The notes beneath the pieces are model-generated. The model was given only the letters and a program-made list of their open reading frames with translations. It was not told the origin of the DNA and did not search any database. A stretch of 64,000 nt of DNA, from the NCBI GenBank assembly GCA_011364985.1, contig RDOC01000001.1, positions 256,001 through 320,000 of the forward strand. Direction: 5' to 3'. The stretch's first letter is position 1; every line of letters begins with the position of its first letter. Origin of the DNA: Candidatus Thorarchaeota archaeon (GTDB lineage: Archaea > Asgardarchaeota > Thorarchaeia > Thorarchaeales > Thorarchaeaceae). The position numbers were made by a program, and so were the translations under genes. Below are positions 20,754 through 31,300 of the stretch, one piece after another.

Positions 20754-22202
20754 ATGGCAATTGAGAAACGCAACCGAACCAAAATTGTATGTACCATAGG
20801 GCCGGCCTCAAGGTCCGGAGAAACCCTAGCAAGAATGATTGAGGCAGGTATGGATGTTGCACGACTCAACCTGTCCCATGATACTCATGCAATCCACAGA
20901 AAGACCTTCGAAACCATTAGGTCAGTCGACGATTCGATCCCGATTCTATTTGATATTCAAGGCCCGAAGATCAGGATAGGCGATATGAAAAAGGCAGTAG
21001 AACTGCAGACAGGGGATTCCTTCACGTTATCAATCAAGGACTTTGTTGGGAACAGAGAGCGAGCATCAATATCGCACAAGGACCTTCCGAGGGATGTGAA
21101 ACCTGGGGATGTCATAGCTATCAATGATGGGATTGTAAGACTCAGGGTTAAGGAGATTGATGATGATGAGGTGCGTACTGAGATAACGCACGGTGGTCCC
21201 ATCTCAAGCAGAAAAGGAGTGAATGTACCAGGAATACGATTGTCTTGTGGAGTGCCAACAGAGAAAGACCTGAAGGACTTGGACCTCGCAGCTGAACTGG
21301 AGCCCGATCTAATTGCCATCTCCTTTGTTGTTGACGAGAACGACGTGAGACGCGTCAATAAGATTCTGAAATCGAATGGACCAAAGAATGTCGATGTGAT
21401 AAGCAAGATTGAGCATACTTTGGCTGTAAAGAATTATCCCGCCATTCTTGAGGAGTCACATGGTGTGATGATTGCCCGTGGTGATCTGGGTATAGAAGTT
21501 CCAATTGAAGAGGTCCCGATTCTTCAAAGAGACCTGATTCGCGAGGCAAACATGTGGGCTCGAGCAGCTATAGTTGCAACGCACATGCTGGAATCAATGA
21601 TACATGAGCAGATGCCCACCAGAGCTGAAGTAAGTGATGTTGCCCACGCCGTTTTTGATAGAGCAGATGCAGTGATGCTCAGTGGCGAAACGGCCATTGG
21701 ACACGATCCTGTTGGCGCCATTGAAATGATGAAACGCGTCGCAGGAAGGGCCGAGAAACGAATTACTCCCATCAAACCAGATGATATCACATCGCCAAAG
21801 AAGCTTATTGTGGAGGTCATAGGCAGCCTTGTCTACAATACAGTGGCCCTTCTTCCCGACAAGATTGGCGGGGTGATTACTGCAACCAGAAGCGGATTCA
21901 CAGCAAGATGGATCTCAAAGTTCAGACCACCCACGAACATCTATGCAGTCACCAACGATCCAGCAGTCGTAAGGCGACTTAGACTCTGGTGGGGTGTGTA
22001 TCCTGTGAAATACGACCAGGACATCCAAAGCGTTGATGACTTGGTTATGGAGGCAGTTTGCGCAGCCCATGAAAGAGAACTCATCAGTATAGACAAGGAT
22101 GTCGTATTCACATCTGGAGTGAGGCACATCCCTGGAAAGACTAATGTTGTTGGAGTGTTTCATGTGCGCGATCTGGTACAACTCCCCAAGTCTAGATACT
22201 GA
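20754..22202 (+). CDS. pyk: pyruvate kinase
   Basis: TKIVCTIGPAS, RLNLSH, KIE, ARGDLG, MLESM, PTRAEVSD, MLSGETA motifs. Confidence 0.98.
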   Translation: MAIEKRNRTKIVCTIGPASRSGETLARMIEAGMDVARLNLSHDTHAIHRKTFETIRSVDDSIPILFDIQGPKIRIGDMKKAVELQTGDSFTLSIKDFVGNRERASISHKDLPRDVKPGDVIAINDGIVRLRVKEIDDDEVRTEITHGGPISSRKGVNVPGIRLSCGVPTEKDLKDLDLAAELEPDLIAISFVVDENDVRRVNKILKSNGPKNVDVISKIEHTLAVKNYPAILEESHGVMIARGDLGIEVPIEEVPILQRDLIREANMWARAAIVATHMLESMIHEQMPTRAEVSDVAHAVFDRADAVMLSGETAIGHDPVGAIEMMKRVAGRAEKRITPIKPDDITSPKKLIVEVIGSLVYNTVALLPDKIGGVITATRSGFTARWISKFRPPTNIYAVTNDPAVVRRLRLWWGVYPVKYDQDIQSVDDLVMEAVCAAHERELISIDKDVVFTSGVRHIPGKTNVVGVFHVRDLVQLPKSRY

Positions 22203-22215
22203 TTACAGAGATAGG

Positions 22216-22283
22216 ATTATTGCAGGTGGAACTTAGATGTGGCAGCAACTGTCATCGTCTTTGTGGTCCTAAGGAAGAGATGA
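22216..22283 (+). pseudogene. possible relic of a C-terminal membrane anchor
   Basis: IIAGGT* followed, after a 2-nt shift, by VAATVIVFVVLRKR*. No upstream ORF. Confidence 0.3.
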
Positions 22284-22557
22284 GCCAAAGAAGGTGCTGC
22301 GGGAGGCACAGTCTGACCGTGTGACTCATATCACTGGCACAACCCTTGATGTTGTCGGAGAACCAAATAGCACGCCGCTCAGACCCGAAGCTCATTTGTC
22401 ATTTGAGGAAAGGGAGATTCGGAGAAGATTCTCAGTGGGAGCTACAACAAGAAACGCTATCCTCATTGGTACGAAAGAGAGATATAGTGTGCTCATTTCG
22501 ACCTATGTGGTGTCACGCTAAAGGACAGAAAAGCAGGATTTTCTCTCAGAGGATGAG

Positions 22558-25500
22558 ATGATGAACAGAAATCAATCTGCGGTGTTTCTTGTCACAATAT
22601 CAGCCGTTGTCTTGGCAACAACACTCCTGATTCTCTATTTCTTGTCCACCCTTCCACTGACCATCGGACCTATTGCCCTGCTGATCCCAGTCTCTATGGT
22701 TGCACTTACGTATCTTGGAATAAAGAATGATACAGAGAGAACATTTCGTATTGATATTGGGAATAGATTACCATGGGAATTGCTCATTGTTGGGATCTGG
22801 GCGGCTCTACTTATTCTGGCCCTATTGCCGAGAGAGACGATGAGCCTGATTTTTGTACCATGGGAAAGTCTGGATGTTTTAGACTTAATACTCTCCGTTT
22901 TCTTTTTGCCGCTCACTTCATTCTTTCCGGGTTATGCAATCCTGAAAGTGGGATTTGACGATATGGACCTTGGGATTCCAGTAAAGCTTCTGATAGCCTA
23001 TATTCTTAGTTGGTTCACCTCGGCTCTATCTGGCTATGTAAGTGTCCTGTTTTTCAGGAGCTCAGGTTTTGCAGGAACCATTCATCTAGCTTTAAGCATT
23101 ATTCTCCTTGCACTCCTTTCCTTGCGCATCTTACTTGAAACGCCAATAGAAGACTCTGAAACAATCGAGGTTCCATTAAGTCTAGTCTTAGTTCTCGTGC
23201 CCATCATCATCGTAGTATTGGCCTCTACTATAGTAAGCAACTTCCCGTTCATAGCCGTCCCCTACAATGACCAGTGGGTTATTTTCGGGGCCACTCTGAG
23301 AATGATGGACAGCACGGTCGCGTATAGTTTTCCGTACTACTGGCCTCAGCTGCATTATTCCACAGTACTTGGTATTAGCAGAATCAATGCTATGAATACC
23401 TACATGTTCCTGCCATTCTTCTCTATCCTAACACCTTTCTGTTTCTATTATTTTGCCAGAGCTTTTGTTGACAGCAGAATCGCAGTGCTTTCCACTCTTG
23501 TTTATACTCTTTTCAGTGGATTAGGATGGATTGCAATTATTGGCTTGACTACCATACAATATTCAGACCTCGCGTTTCTAGGTGATGAGATGGGACTGCA
23601 TCCAATGGTCAGGCCGTTATTTTTTATATATCCCAAGATCTTCTCATCTGCCTGCATCTTCATTGCGATGTATCTAGCCTTTAGAAAGAATAGGGGAAAT
23701 GGTAATTGGAAAACCCCTTTGTTGATTGGAACTCTAATCGCCATATCATACCTATGGCATTTACTTGAGGCGCTGTTGCTCATCTATATGCTAGTCCCAT
23801 TAGCGATTATTATCTATCGCGAGAGAGATTCGGTTAGGCTGCTAACCACAGGCTCCGCATTTGGCATGGTTCTAATTGCCATATTCGGGACGATGAACTC
23901 TGACATATGGAGCTCTAATTTTCCGAGGCTATTTCCGGTCTACCTATCACCCTTGGTCATAGTCGCCATATCAGCAATCATCATTTCATTTGTTGTGCTA
24001 TTGCTGAGAAGTAGAGTGTCGTTTGATTTAGGAAGATATCAAAGAATCACAGACATGGCATCCTCAAGAAGACTTGCAGGAGTAGTGTCTGGAGTACTAC
24101 TGATGATTAGTGCCGTTCTGGTTATTCAAGGACTCGCAGACCTCTATCAGAGTATATCTGACTTGTATGCGATGCGACTGAATTTGTATCCTGTGAAATT
24201 GGGCATATCACTCTTCCTTTTCGTTGCTGCGATTGGGATCGCTCATGAAGAATCAAGGCCCATGACGATTGCAATAACTTTCGTTGCAATCATCTTCTTG
24301 GTGGGGCATACTTATGGATACATTCTTTCGCTCACAGCGAGCGAGGGAAATACGATTCTTTTCCACGACCTTTCGATTCCAATTCTGCCGGAATGGAGAT
24401 TCGTTAGGCAGTATTGGCATTGGATCGCCCTAGCAGCAGGTATTGCTATTCATCGTATCATCTCTCTCGGACGAATTAAAATGCCTAGAATAAGGCCCCA
24501 GCTCCCCAAGATTGCATCAATCACAATCATACTTTGTATTTCGCTAGTTGGAGTATGGGATACGGTCTTGGTCACAGACTATGTGATGAGGGATACATAC
24601 GCTAGTATCAGCCAAGAGGAACTAGGAGGGATATCTTTCTTGAATAACCTGCCGTCAATTGGAACTTGCCTAGCTCCGGGACTATCGATATCAAATCCAC
24701 GAATAGTGACAAGGTTCACCAAGTTAATCCTTGATTCCTACAATAATGACGTATTCTCTTCGACTACTCCCGAAGAGCTTGCGTTGTTGGCATCCATTCT
24801 ATATAGGGAGTCGATTGGAATGGTCCCTGTGTACTATTTCGAATTGGACAGGCTACGTAACACATTGGACTACCATGCTGAGGAGTATTTCTATCAATAC
24901 ATAGTGTCATTTCTTCAATTTATGTATCAGGATGAATTCTCTAGGGTGGGAAGTGTCCCGACATTTTTCCCACCTGACGATTCACCGAGGATCTTACTGC
25001 TTGTCCCTAGTCTTCATGACAGTAGCTACTCTGAGTATTCGGATGCATTCTACACGCATTTCTTGCCTGCAAATATGCTCATGTTCTCGGGCACATCCTA
25101 CGATGTTCGAACCGAATCGGATCTCAGGATTGATGAACAGACGAGTTTTATCATCTCAAGCAATCTGTCTCTAGCCTCTGAACCGTACATCGTGTCATGG
25201 ATTAACAACGGCAATACCTTCATTTTGCTAAACACAACTATGCCTTATGCTTCCTCAATTCGATTGGGAGCTGCTGACGAATTGGTGGCAGCTGGTTCGG
25301 AAGTCAATTGCACTTCTGTGGAGGTGGACTACTCACTAGAGGTATCTCCGGATTGGAGTATCTTGGCGTGGTACTACAACAAGGATGTTCCAGTATCACC
25401 TCTTGCCACCTCGAAGAAATCTGGTGCTGGGGAGATATGGACACTAAAGATGTGGCCATTTACAAACCTATTGAATCCTATGTTCGGGCAGGATGTGCCA

Positions 25501-26139
25501 TGGCTGGTCGCGAATGCACTGACAAAAATCCCTTTTCTTCTAAGCTTACCTAGATTTCATGATGTAAGTGAGCAAATCGAACTTGAAATAGTATATAGCC
25601 CTCTGAATTGCGTGGGCAATATTTCCATTGAGAGCACAAGTCTTGTTCTTCGGAATTGTCCAATAACCAGTTTTGTCTTAGATTATCAAAATGGCACTCT
25701 ATTTGAACATCCTCTTGAATTGGCCACAGTAATCAGGAATTTGGCCCTACGAGGAACCTATAGCATTTCAATCTCTACTAGTTCATGTAGATTATCGACC
25801 AATCATTATACTTGGTATAGTACGTTGTCTTCATCTGATGCTATTCATGTTGAAATTGACTTGAGTGCCGGATCACTAGCCAGATTTGACCTAATAAGCA
25901 GCGCACAAACAAATTCGATTGAAATTGGCGAGGGGATGATTCATTTTGTCTTGGACTCGCCTAACAGACAAGTGGCATTGAACTTGAAATCTGCAGTGTT
26001 TTCGGTGGAGGGACAAGTCAGCTACTTTGATAGGAATTTGCAGCGAAGAAGTGCTAGTGGGTTGATTGAATTTCAGATACTTGGCAGTGGATCTAGTATT
26101 ATTTGTAGCGAATGGAGTGTTGAGCACCCAAGTCCATAG
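22558..26139 (+). CDS. large polytopic membrane protein, putative GT-C glycosyltransferase with extracellular C-terminal domain
   Basis: ~670-aa multi-TM region (FFPGYA, NDQW in the first large loop), then a soluble beta-rich region with N-x-S/T sequons. Paralog of 28336-32262. Confidence 0.65.
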   Translation: MMNRNQSAVFLVTISAVVLATTLLILYFLSTLPLTIGPIALLIPVSMVALTYLGIKNDTERTFRIDIGNRLPWELLIVGIWAALLILALLPRETMSLIFVPWESLDVLDLILSVFFLPLTSFFPGYAILKVGFDDMDLGIPVKLLIAYILSWFTSALSGYVSVLFFRSSGFAGTIHLALSIILLALLSLRILLETPIEDSETIEVPLSLVLVLVPIIIVVLASTIVSNFPFIAVPYNDQWVIFGATLRMMDSTVAYSFPYYWPQLHYSTVLGISRINAMNTYMFLPFFSILTPFCFYYFARAFVDSRIAVLSTLVYTLFSGLGWIAIIGLTTIQYSDLAFLGDEMGLHPMVRPLFFIYPKIFSSACIFIAMYLAFRKNRGNGNWKTPLLIGTLIAISYLWHLLEALLLIYMLVPLAIIIYRERDSVRLLTTGSAFGMVLIAIFGTMNSDIWSSNFPRLFPVYLSPLVIVAISAIIISFVVLLLRSRVSFDLGRYQRITDMASSRRLAGVVSGVLLMISAVLVIQGLADLYQSISDLYAMRLNLYPVKLGISLFLFVAAIGIAHEESRPMTIAITFVAIIFLVGHTYGYILSLTASEGNTILFHDLSIPILPEWRFVRQYWHWIALAAGIAIHRIISLGRIKMPRIRPQLPKIASITIILCISLVGVWDTVLVTDYVMRDTYASISQEELGGISFLNNLPSIGTCLAPGLSISNPRIVTRFTKLILDSYNNDVFSSTTPEELALLASILYRESIGMVPVYYFELDRLRNTLDYHAEEYFYQYIVSFLQFMYQDEFSRVGSVPTFFPPDDSPRILLLVPSLHDSSYSEYSDAFYTHFLPANMLMFSGTSYDVRTESDLRIDEQTSFIISSNLSLASEPYIVSWINNGNTFILLNTTMPYASSIRLGAADELVAAGSEVNCTSVEVDYSLEVSPDWSILAWYYNKDVPVSPLATSKKSGAGEIWTLKMWPFTNLLNPMFGQDVPWLVANALTKIPFLLSLPRFHDVSEQIELEIVYSPLNCVGNISIESTSLVLRNCPITSFVLDYQNGTLFEHPLELATVIRNLALRGTYSISISTSSCRLSTNHYTWYSTLSSSDAIHVEIDLSAGSLARFDLISSAQTNSIEIGEGMIHFVLDSPNRQVALNLKSAVFSVEGQVSYFDRNLQRRSASGLIEFQILGSGSSIICSEWSVEHPSP

Positions 26140-26144
26140 TAGTG

Positions 26145-27191
26145 CTACCATAACCCAGCACTTGGACCCAGTGATTCAACAACATTCTCTCTATTGGTTT
26201 CAAGCCAGTTGTAGACCGTTACTAGACCTTCTTTGAAATCCTTCTTCGGATTGTACCCAAGAATCCTTTTCGCTTTCTCAATCGAAGCTAACCTGCGATT
26301 TGATCTGTCCCAATCTCTCTTTGGTTTTTGTATCCATCCGCCCTTACTACCCGTTATCTCAATGACCAAGTCCGCAAGACTCCTGACTGAGGTTTCTGTG
26401 CCCGATGCTAAGTTCATTGCCTCACCAACGGCACCATCTATGACGCCCATTCGAAGAATACCATCCACGATATCATCGACATAGGCAAAATCACGAGTTT
26501 CTTCGCCCTTGCCCATTACTGGTAATGGTCTGTCGTGCATAGCAAGCCACATGAATACTGGAATTACGTTCCGATACTGACCTGGAACCTCGCCAGGCCC
26601 ATAGACATTGAAGAAGCGTCCAATTACTGTGGGCAGACCAAATATTTCATGATAGTGATTGCAGTATAGTTCTCCAAGTAGTTTGTGAATCTGGTATGGA
26701 GTGTCGAGAGTTAGAGATACTGTGCCCTCCTTGAATGGAATCTCAGCATGACTCCCGTAGACAGAACATCCCGAGCCTGCAAATATGACGCGTTTAGGTT
26801 CCATGAGCCGTGAATATTCGAGGACTCTTAAAAGACCTAGACCATTCACCATCAGGTCGGTCTCAGGATGGTCGATGCTGTTCTGATTGGCAAAGTGTGC
26901 AGCCAGATGGATAACGAAATCTGGATTTTCATAGAATACCTGCTTCAGCTTTTGTTCGTCCAGCACGCTTCCCTCAATCACTTGCAAGAGAGGGTGTTTT
27001 GGCAGATTCCAAGGAAATGATGCTGAGAAATCATCAAGGACGGTGATCTTGGCAGGGTCCACAGAAAGCAGTGTTCGCACCAAATTACTTCCGATACATC
27101 CTGCTCCCCCAGTGATCAGAATCTTCTTGTCATTGTAATGAGAAAGAACCTGGCCGCTGTCCAAACTATTACTCTCCAATCCGATAAGCAA
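26145..27191 (-). CDS. NAD-dependent nucleotide-sugar epimerase/dehydratase (extended SDR)
   Basis: TGGAGCIG, HLAA, YQIHK, RFFNVYGP, RDFAYVDD. True start probably a few codons in. Confidence 0.9.
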   Translation of the reverse strand: MLIGLESNSLDSGQVLSHYNDKKILITGGAGCIGSNLVRTLLSVDPAKITVLDDFSASFPWNLPKHPLLQVIEGSVLDEQKLKQVFYENPDFVIHLAAHFANQNSIDHPETDLMVNGLGLLRVLEYSRLMEPKRVIFAGSGCSVYGSHAEIPFKEGTVSLTLDTPYQIHKLLGELYCNHYHEIFGLPTVIGRFFNVYGPGEVPGQYRNVIPVFMWLAMHDRPLPVMGKGEETRDFAYVDDIVDGILRMGVIDGAVGEAMNLASGTETSVRSLADLVIEITGSKGGWIQKPKRDWDRSNRRLASIEKAKRILGYNPKKDFKEGLVTVYNWLETNRENVVESLGPSAGLW

Positions 27192-28098
27192 GTTTGAACC
27201 AGTCTACCGTCCTTTTTATACCTTCATCCAATGTAATGGTCATCTTGTGGCCAAGGTCAGCCTTTGCCTTTGATGAGTCTGCTATCTTGAATCTGGTAGT
27301 AAAGGGTTCTTCTTCTTTGAAAGTGATTTTTGACGGGTCGGCTCCTGTGTGTTTCACGACAATATCGGATAGCTCTTCGATGGAGTATTGTTTTTCGCTT
27401 CCGAGATTGTACACTTCACCGGGCTTGAAATCGTCAATGATGTTTGCCAGAGATCGGCAGATGTCTTCCACGTATTCGAAGGTTCTCTTGTGCCCCTTGT
27501 GAACGGTATAGGGAAGACCATGGAGAGCACGGTAGATGAAAACGGGGACAACTCCTCTGAAGGGGCTATAGTGTTCATGTGGTCCATATACGTTGAAGAG
27601 ACGTACCCGGACGGATTCAGTGCCATCCATCTTACTGGAGTTCAGGATTTGGAGCTCATTGACCCATTTTGACAGAGCATAGTCGTTCATCTGTTTGATG
27701 GGGATCCTCTCCATGACATCTTCAGCCATGACCCCGTCATAATCCCCGTAGACCTCAGCACTGCCAAAGAAGATTAACTTGAAGCCGTATTCCTTTTGCG
27801 CCGTCAAAATGTTTTTTGTCCCTACTGCATTGGTATTCCAAAGGTTCTCATAATGTGCCTCCCCGTTCCACCGGCCATATTCGGCTGCGGCGTGGTAGAC
27901 ATAGTCAAACTCCTTTCCTTCGAATATTCTCTGAATCTGTCTGTAAGATGCTACATCACATCGAAGAAATCGGAGATCTTTCGATTGGAGGATGTCCGCG
28001 GACCAAGCATCATACCCTCTCTTTTGGAGCTCCGAAACAAGATTTACACCAATGAACCCTTGCCCACCAGTCACCAACACTAGAGTCAAAACCGTCAA
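27169..28098 (-). CDS. NAD-dependent nucleotide-sugar epimerase/dehydratase (extended SDR)
   Basis: TGGQGFIG, HAAAEYGRWNGE, SAEVYG, YALSK, RLFNVYGP motifs. Confidence 0.9.
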   Translation of the reverse strand: MTVLTLVLVTGGQGFIGVNLVSELQKRGYDAWSADILQSKDLRFLRCDVASYRQIQRIFEGKEFDYVYHAAAEYGRWNGEAHYENLWNTNAVGTKNILTAQKEYGFKLIFFGSAEVYGDYDGVMAEDVMERIPIKQMNDYALSKWVNELQILNSSKMDGTESVRVRLFNVYGPHEHYSPFRGVVPVFIYRALHGLPYTVHKGHKRTFEYVEDICRSLANIIDDFKPGEVYNLGSEKQYSIEELSDIVVKHTGADPSKITFKEEEPFTTRFKIADSSKAKADLGHKMTITLDEGIKRTVDWFKLAYRIGE

Positions 28099-28335
28099 CC
28101 GCCTTTGCTTTCTCCCAGTCGGATTTGTCCCTCCAAATCGTCCTTAAAAGACTAGTGGAGCACTAAGGCACTTTGCTGCTTCATCTGAATCTCCATTACG
28201 ATTAAAAATGGTCCACACCTTTCAAAGAACAGGGTATGAAATGTACCCCATATCGACATTAAGTTCTGTGGATCTCAGATGGATATAGGCGCCATCCTAA
28301 TATTGTGTTCTTGAACATCCACTAGGTGTGATATA

Positions 28336-31300
28336 ATGGGAGATTGGTATGAAGCAATTGGCTATCAGCAGAGAAGAAGTGAGAAACTAGCAAGACATCT
28401 ATTGAATGCAATTATGGCAGCAATATTCCCGTTTCTGATAGTTATCCTTCTTCCTTATGCAATCCCCTTCAGATTCGGATTTGCCGTCATTGTTTCAGTC
28501 ATTGCAGGACTGACTGCAATCATCATCACAGACACTGAAACCATTATTGTCTATTCTAATACGATAAAGAGAAGTCAACTAATGTTTGTTATGCTCTATA
28601 CAGGGCTAATCCTCATTACTGCATTGTCATTGGGAACCCCTTTCGAACCGGTTGTTCTGGCATCCAGAGATCTGACTCGCTATTTGCCCAGTTTCCTAGT
28701 AACGGTATTGCTTACATCGTTCATGCCAGGATATGCAATTGTTGTATCTGTTATGGAAGATGCAACAGACACCACAGAGAGATTGGTGTATTCAATTCTA
28801 AGTAGCTTCTTGGTTACAGGATGCATCGGATTCATCTCGTGGAATTTGAGTGCTATGGCACTCTCCAAGCCGATTCTTGTCGCAACGAATCTTCTAATTC
28901 TGGCAGTATACGTGATCTACAACATAATCAGTGAAAGGCCCGATTCGATTTCATCGGAGCGTTCCAAGACTAAAATGAGCATAATGAATGCAATTGTGCT
29001 TGTTGTGCTATCTCTATTCTTGTATTTGACATATTTCACTGTGCACAATATATTCGAATCATCACTCCCAATTGTAGGGGATGAGTTCGATCATGTTGCG
29101 TATATTGCAAAGCTTCTTTCTAATTCAGTCACATGGCAAGAAGATAAGCTGGGGATACTCACAACACCGTCATACCCGTACCTTTTCCATCTGTTCATGG
29201 CCGTCTGTGTGACTATATCTGGAATCGCTGTTGCAGATTATCTCCTGCTCAGTGCCTTGATACTACTACCCTTACCAATGTTGGCATTCTATGTCATGAG
29301 TAAGACAGTAACTGGAAATTCCAAGCAGTCCATTGTTGCTACTGTACTCTTCCAAGTTACTTCCGACTTCGGTTGGCTCATTGCCATTTCTTCATACTCA
29401 GGCACCAATGACCTTCAGACAATCCTAAGTGTATCAAATGATACCTGTAGCATTATCTTTTCTCTGTGGCTGCCGATTATTGTTGCACCCTATCTGATAG
29501 ATCTAGCCGCGTTCTTGTTGATTATGGGACTGATGTTCAACAAGAATGCAGACTCAGGGAAACTAGTGACAATCTCGACTATTCTTCTTATTATTAGCAT
29601 ACTTAGCCATATGGAGAAAGCATTAATCATAGCGGGACTCACTGGTATCCTTTCACTGATTGGAGTCATAACAAGTAAACGGGGCATTAGGACAAAAGAG
29701 ATAGGAGCTGCCCTAGTTCTCGCCTCGATAGTTGTTATTGTCATCGATCTAGTGGCCCTCAGAAGGCTGTTCACAGCATATTACATAGCCACCTTGGTTG
29801 TTTGTATTGTTGCAGGGGAGTTGGCCTATCTCGTAAGCGACAGGCATTTCAATTCCAAATCCATTCAAAATTGGCTGACTTACAATTATAAACCAACAGC
29901 AATCGTTGCGACTTTGCTTTTTGTGGGAACTGCATATTTGGAGTTCATCTTTGGTAAGACTCCAGGTGCACATTGCTCCTGGATTCCCCTCTTTCTTATT
30001 CCACTTAAGCTAGGTATTGTCGGAGTACTAGCCGGTATTTGGCTCCTAAAATTGGACTTTCGCAACGCCAGAAAACACGGAGTTCTACTTGTGCTGGTGT
30101 CCTGTGTAATTCTGGGGGAGATAGGTCTATATCACGCGGGCATACCATTTGCATTGATCGTAGGCTCCATTTTGGATGAGTTCAGATACGTCAGAGATGT
30201 TGTATGGCCGATTTTTTCATTAGCTGGGTCTGTGGCACTCTTCGTGCTAGTGGAAAGAATACAGAGGTTCCGCGCTCCATCCTTTATGAGAAAGATAACC
30301 AAAGGATTGGTTCCAAGTCTGGTCATTGGATTGCTCCTTGCCTCAAGTATACCATCCCATCTACTGAAGATTCAGTACAATGCTGCTAATAGCGGGATAA
30401 ATCAAAACATTGAGCCGGTTGTAGAATTCATGGATACACTGAATATCACAGATGGAGGCACAGTTTATGCCCCCGCAAATCTGGCAAGAAGTGTCGCTGC
30501 AGTCACCGGAGCAATTGTATATTCTCCATCAACGTCAGTTTATGGTCCATTGCTTTCCGACGGGTCAGACATATACACAACACTGTGGCTTTTAAATTAC
30601 CTCAACGTGCAATACATGATTCTCGACAAGCCAAATTCGATAGTGGGAATTGGACCTGTTGCAGAGATGTCACCTATCCTGTATAGCGATAGTGCATATC
30701 GGGTCTGCCAAGTACTCACACAGTCAGGCCCCACATTGACATCAAGTACCGCTCTTGTTGATGACCATGTCGTAGAACGCTTTGGAGAGGAAATTGGATT
30801 CGGCATGAAGCCAAGTTGGCAAGAATCATTTTCGAATGTTTCGAACTGGGTGGCAGCTCCCATGACGTTCACTAATGTCTTAGAGTACTCGTTGACGACA
30901 AATGAGGACGGGGAAGCTCAGCTGATGGCATCTGGAGTGGCAGGAAGCAAAACGGTCATGCTATATCAGATGCTCTTTGATGCTGGACTACAAGTGGAGA
31001 AGGGAACGTATATTGGTGTTAGGTTCAAAACTTCGCCCGGTGCAAAATTACTTGTTCAGATTCTTTACAACGATAGGACAATGAGCAATGCGCGCCTTGG
31101 AAGCACACCGTATCTGCAGTCAGAAGACTGGATATCATTAACCACATATCTTGATAATGTTGGGGCTAACGTAACAGGGCTAAGAATCGGTCTTACCAAC
31201 ATATACAATGAAGATGTATCCGAGTTGAATGGGAGTATTGACTATCTAGTGATTAATAGAGAGGATTCTAATCGTGCTGATGCGGCCATACTTCTTTCCA

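Noticed and set aside
22294-22561. Two ~70-aa ORFs between pyk and the island
   Set aside because: Overlapping frames with no homology cues.
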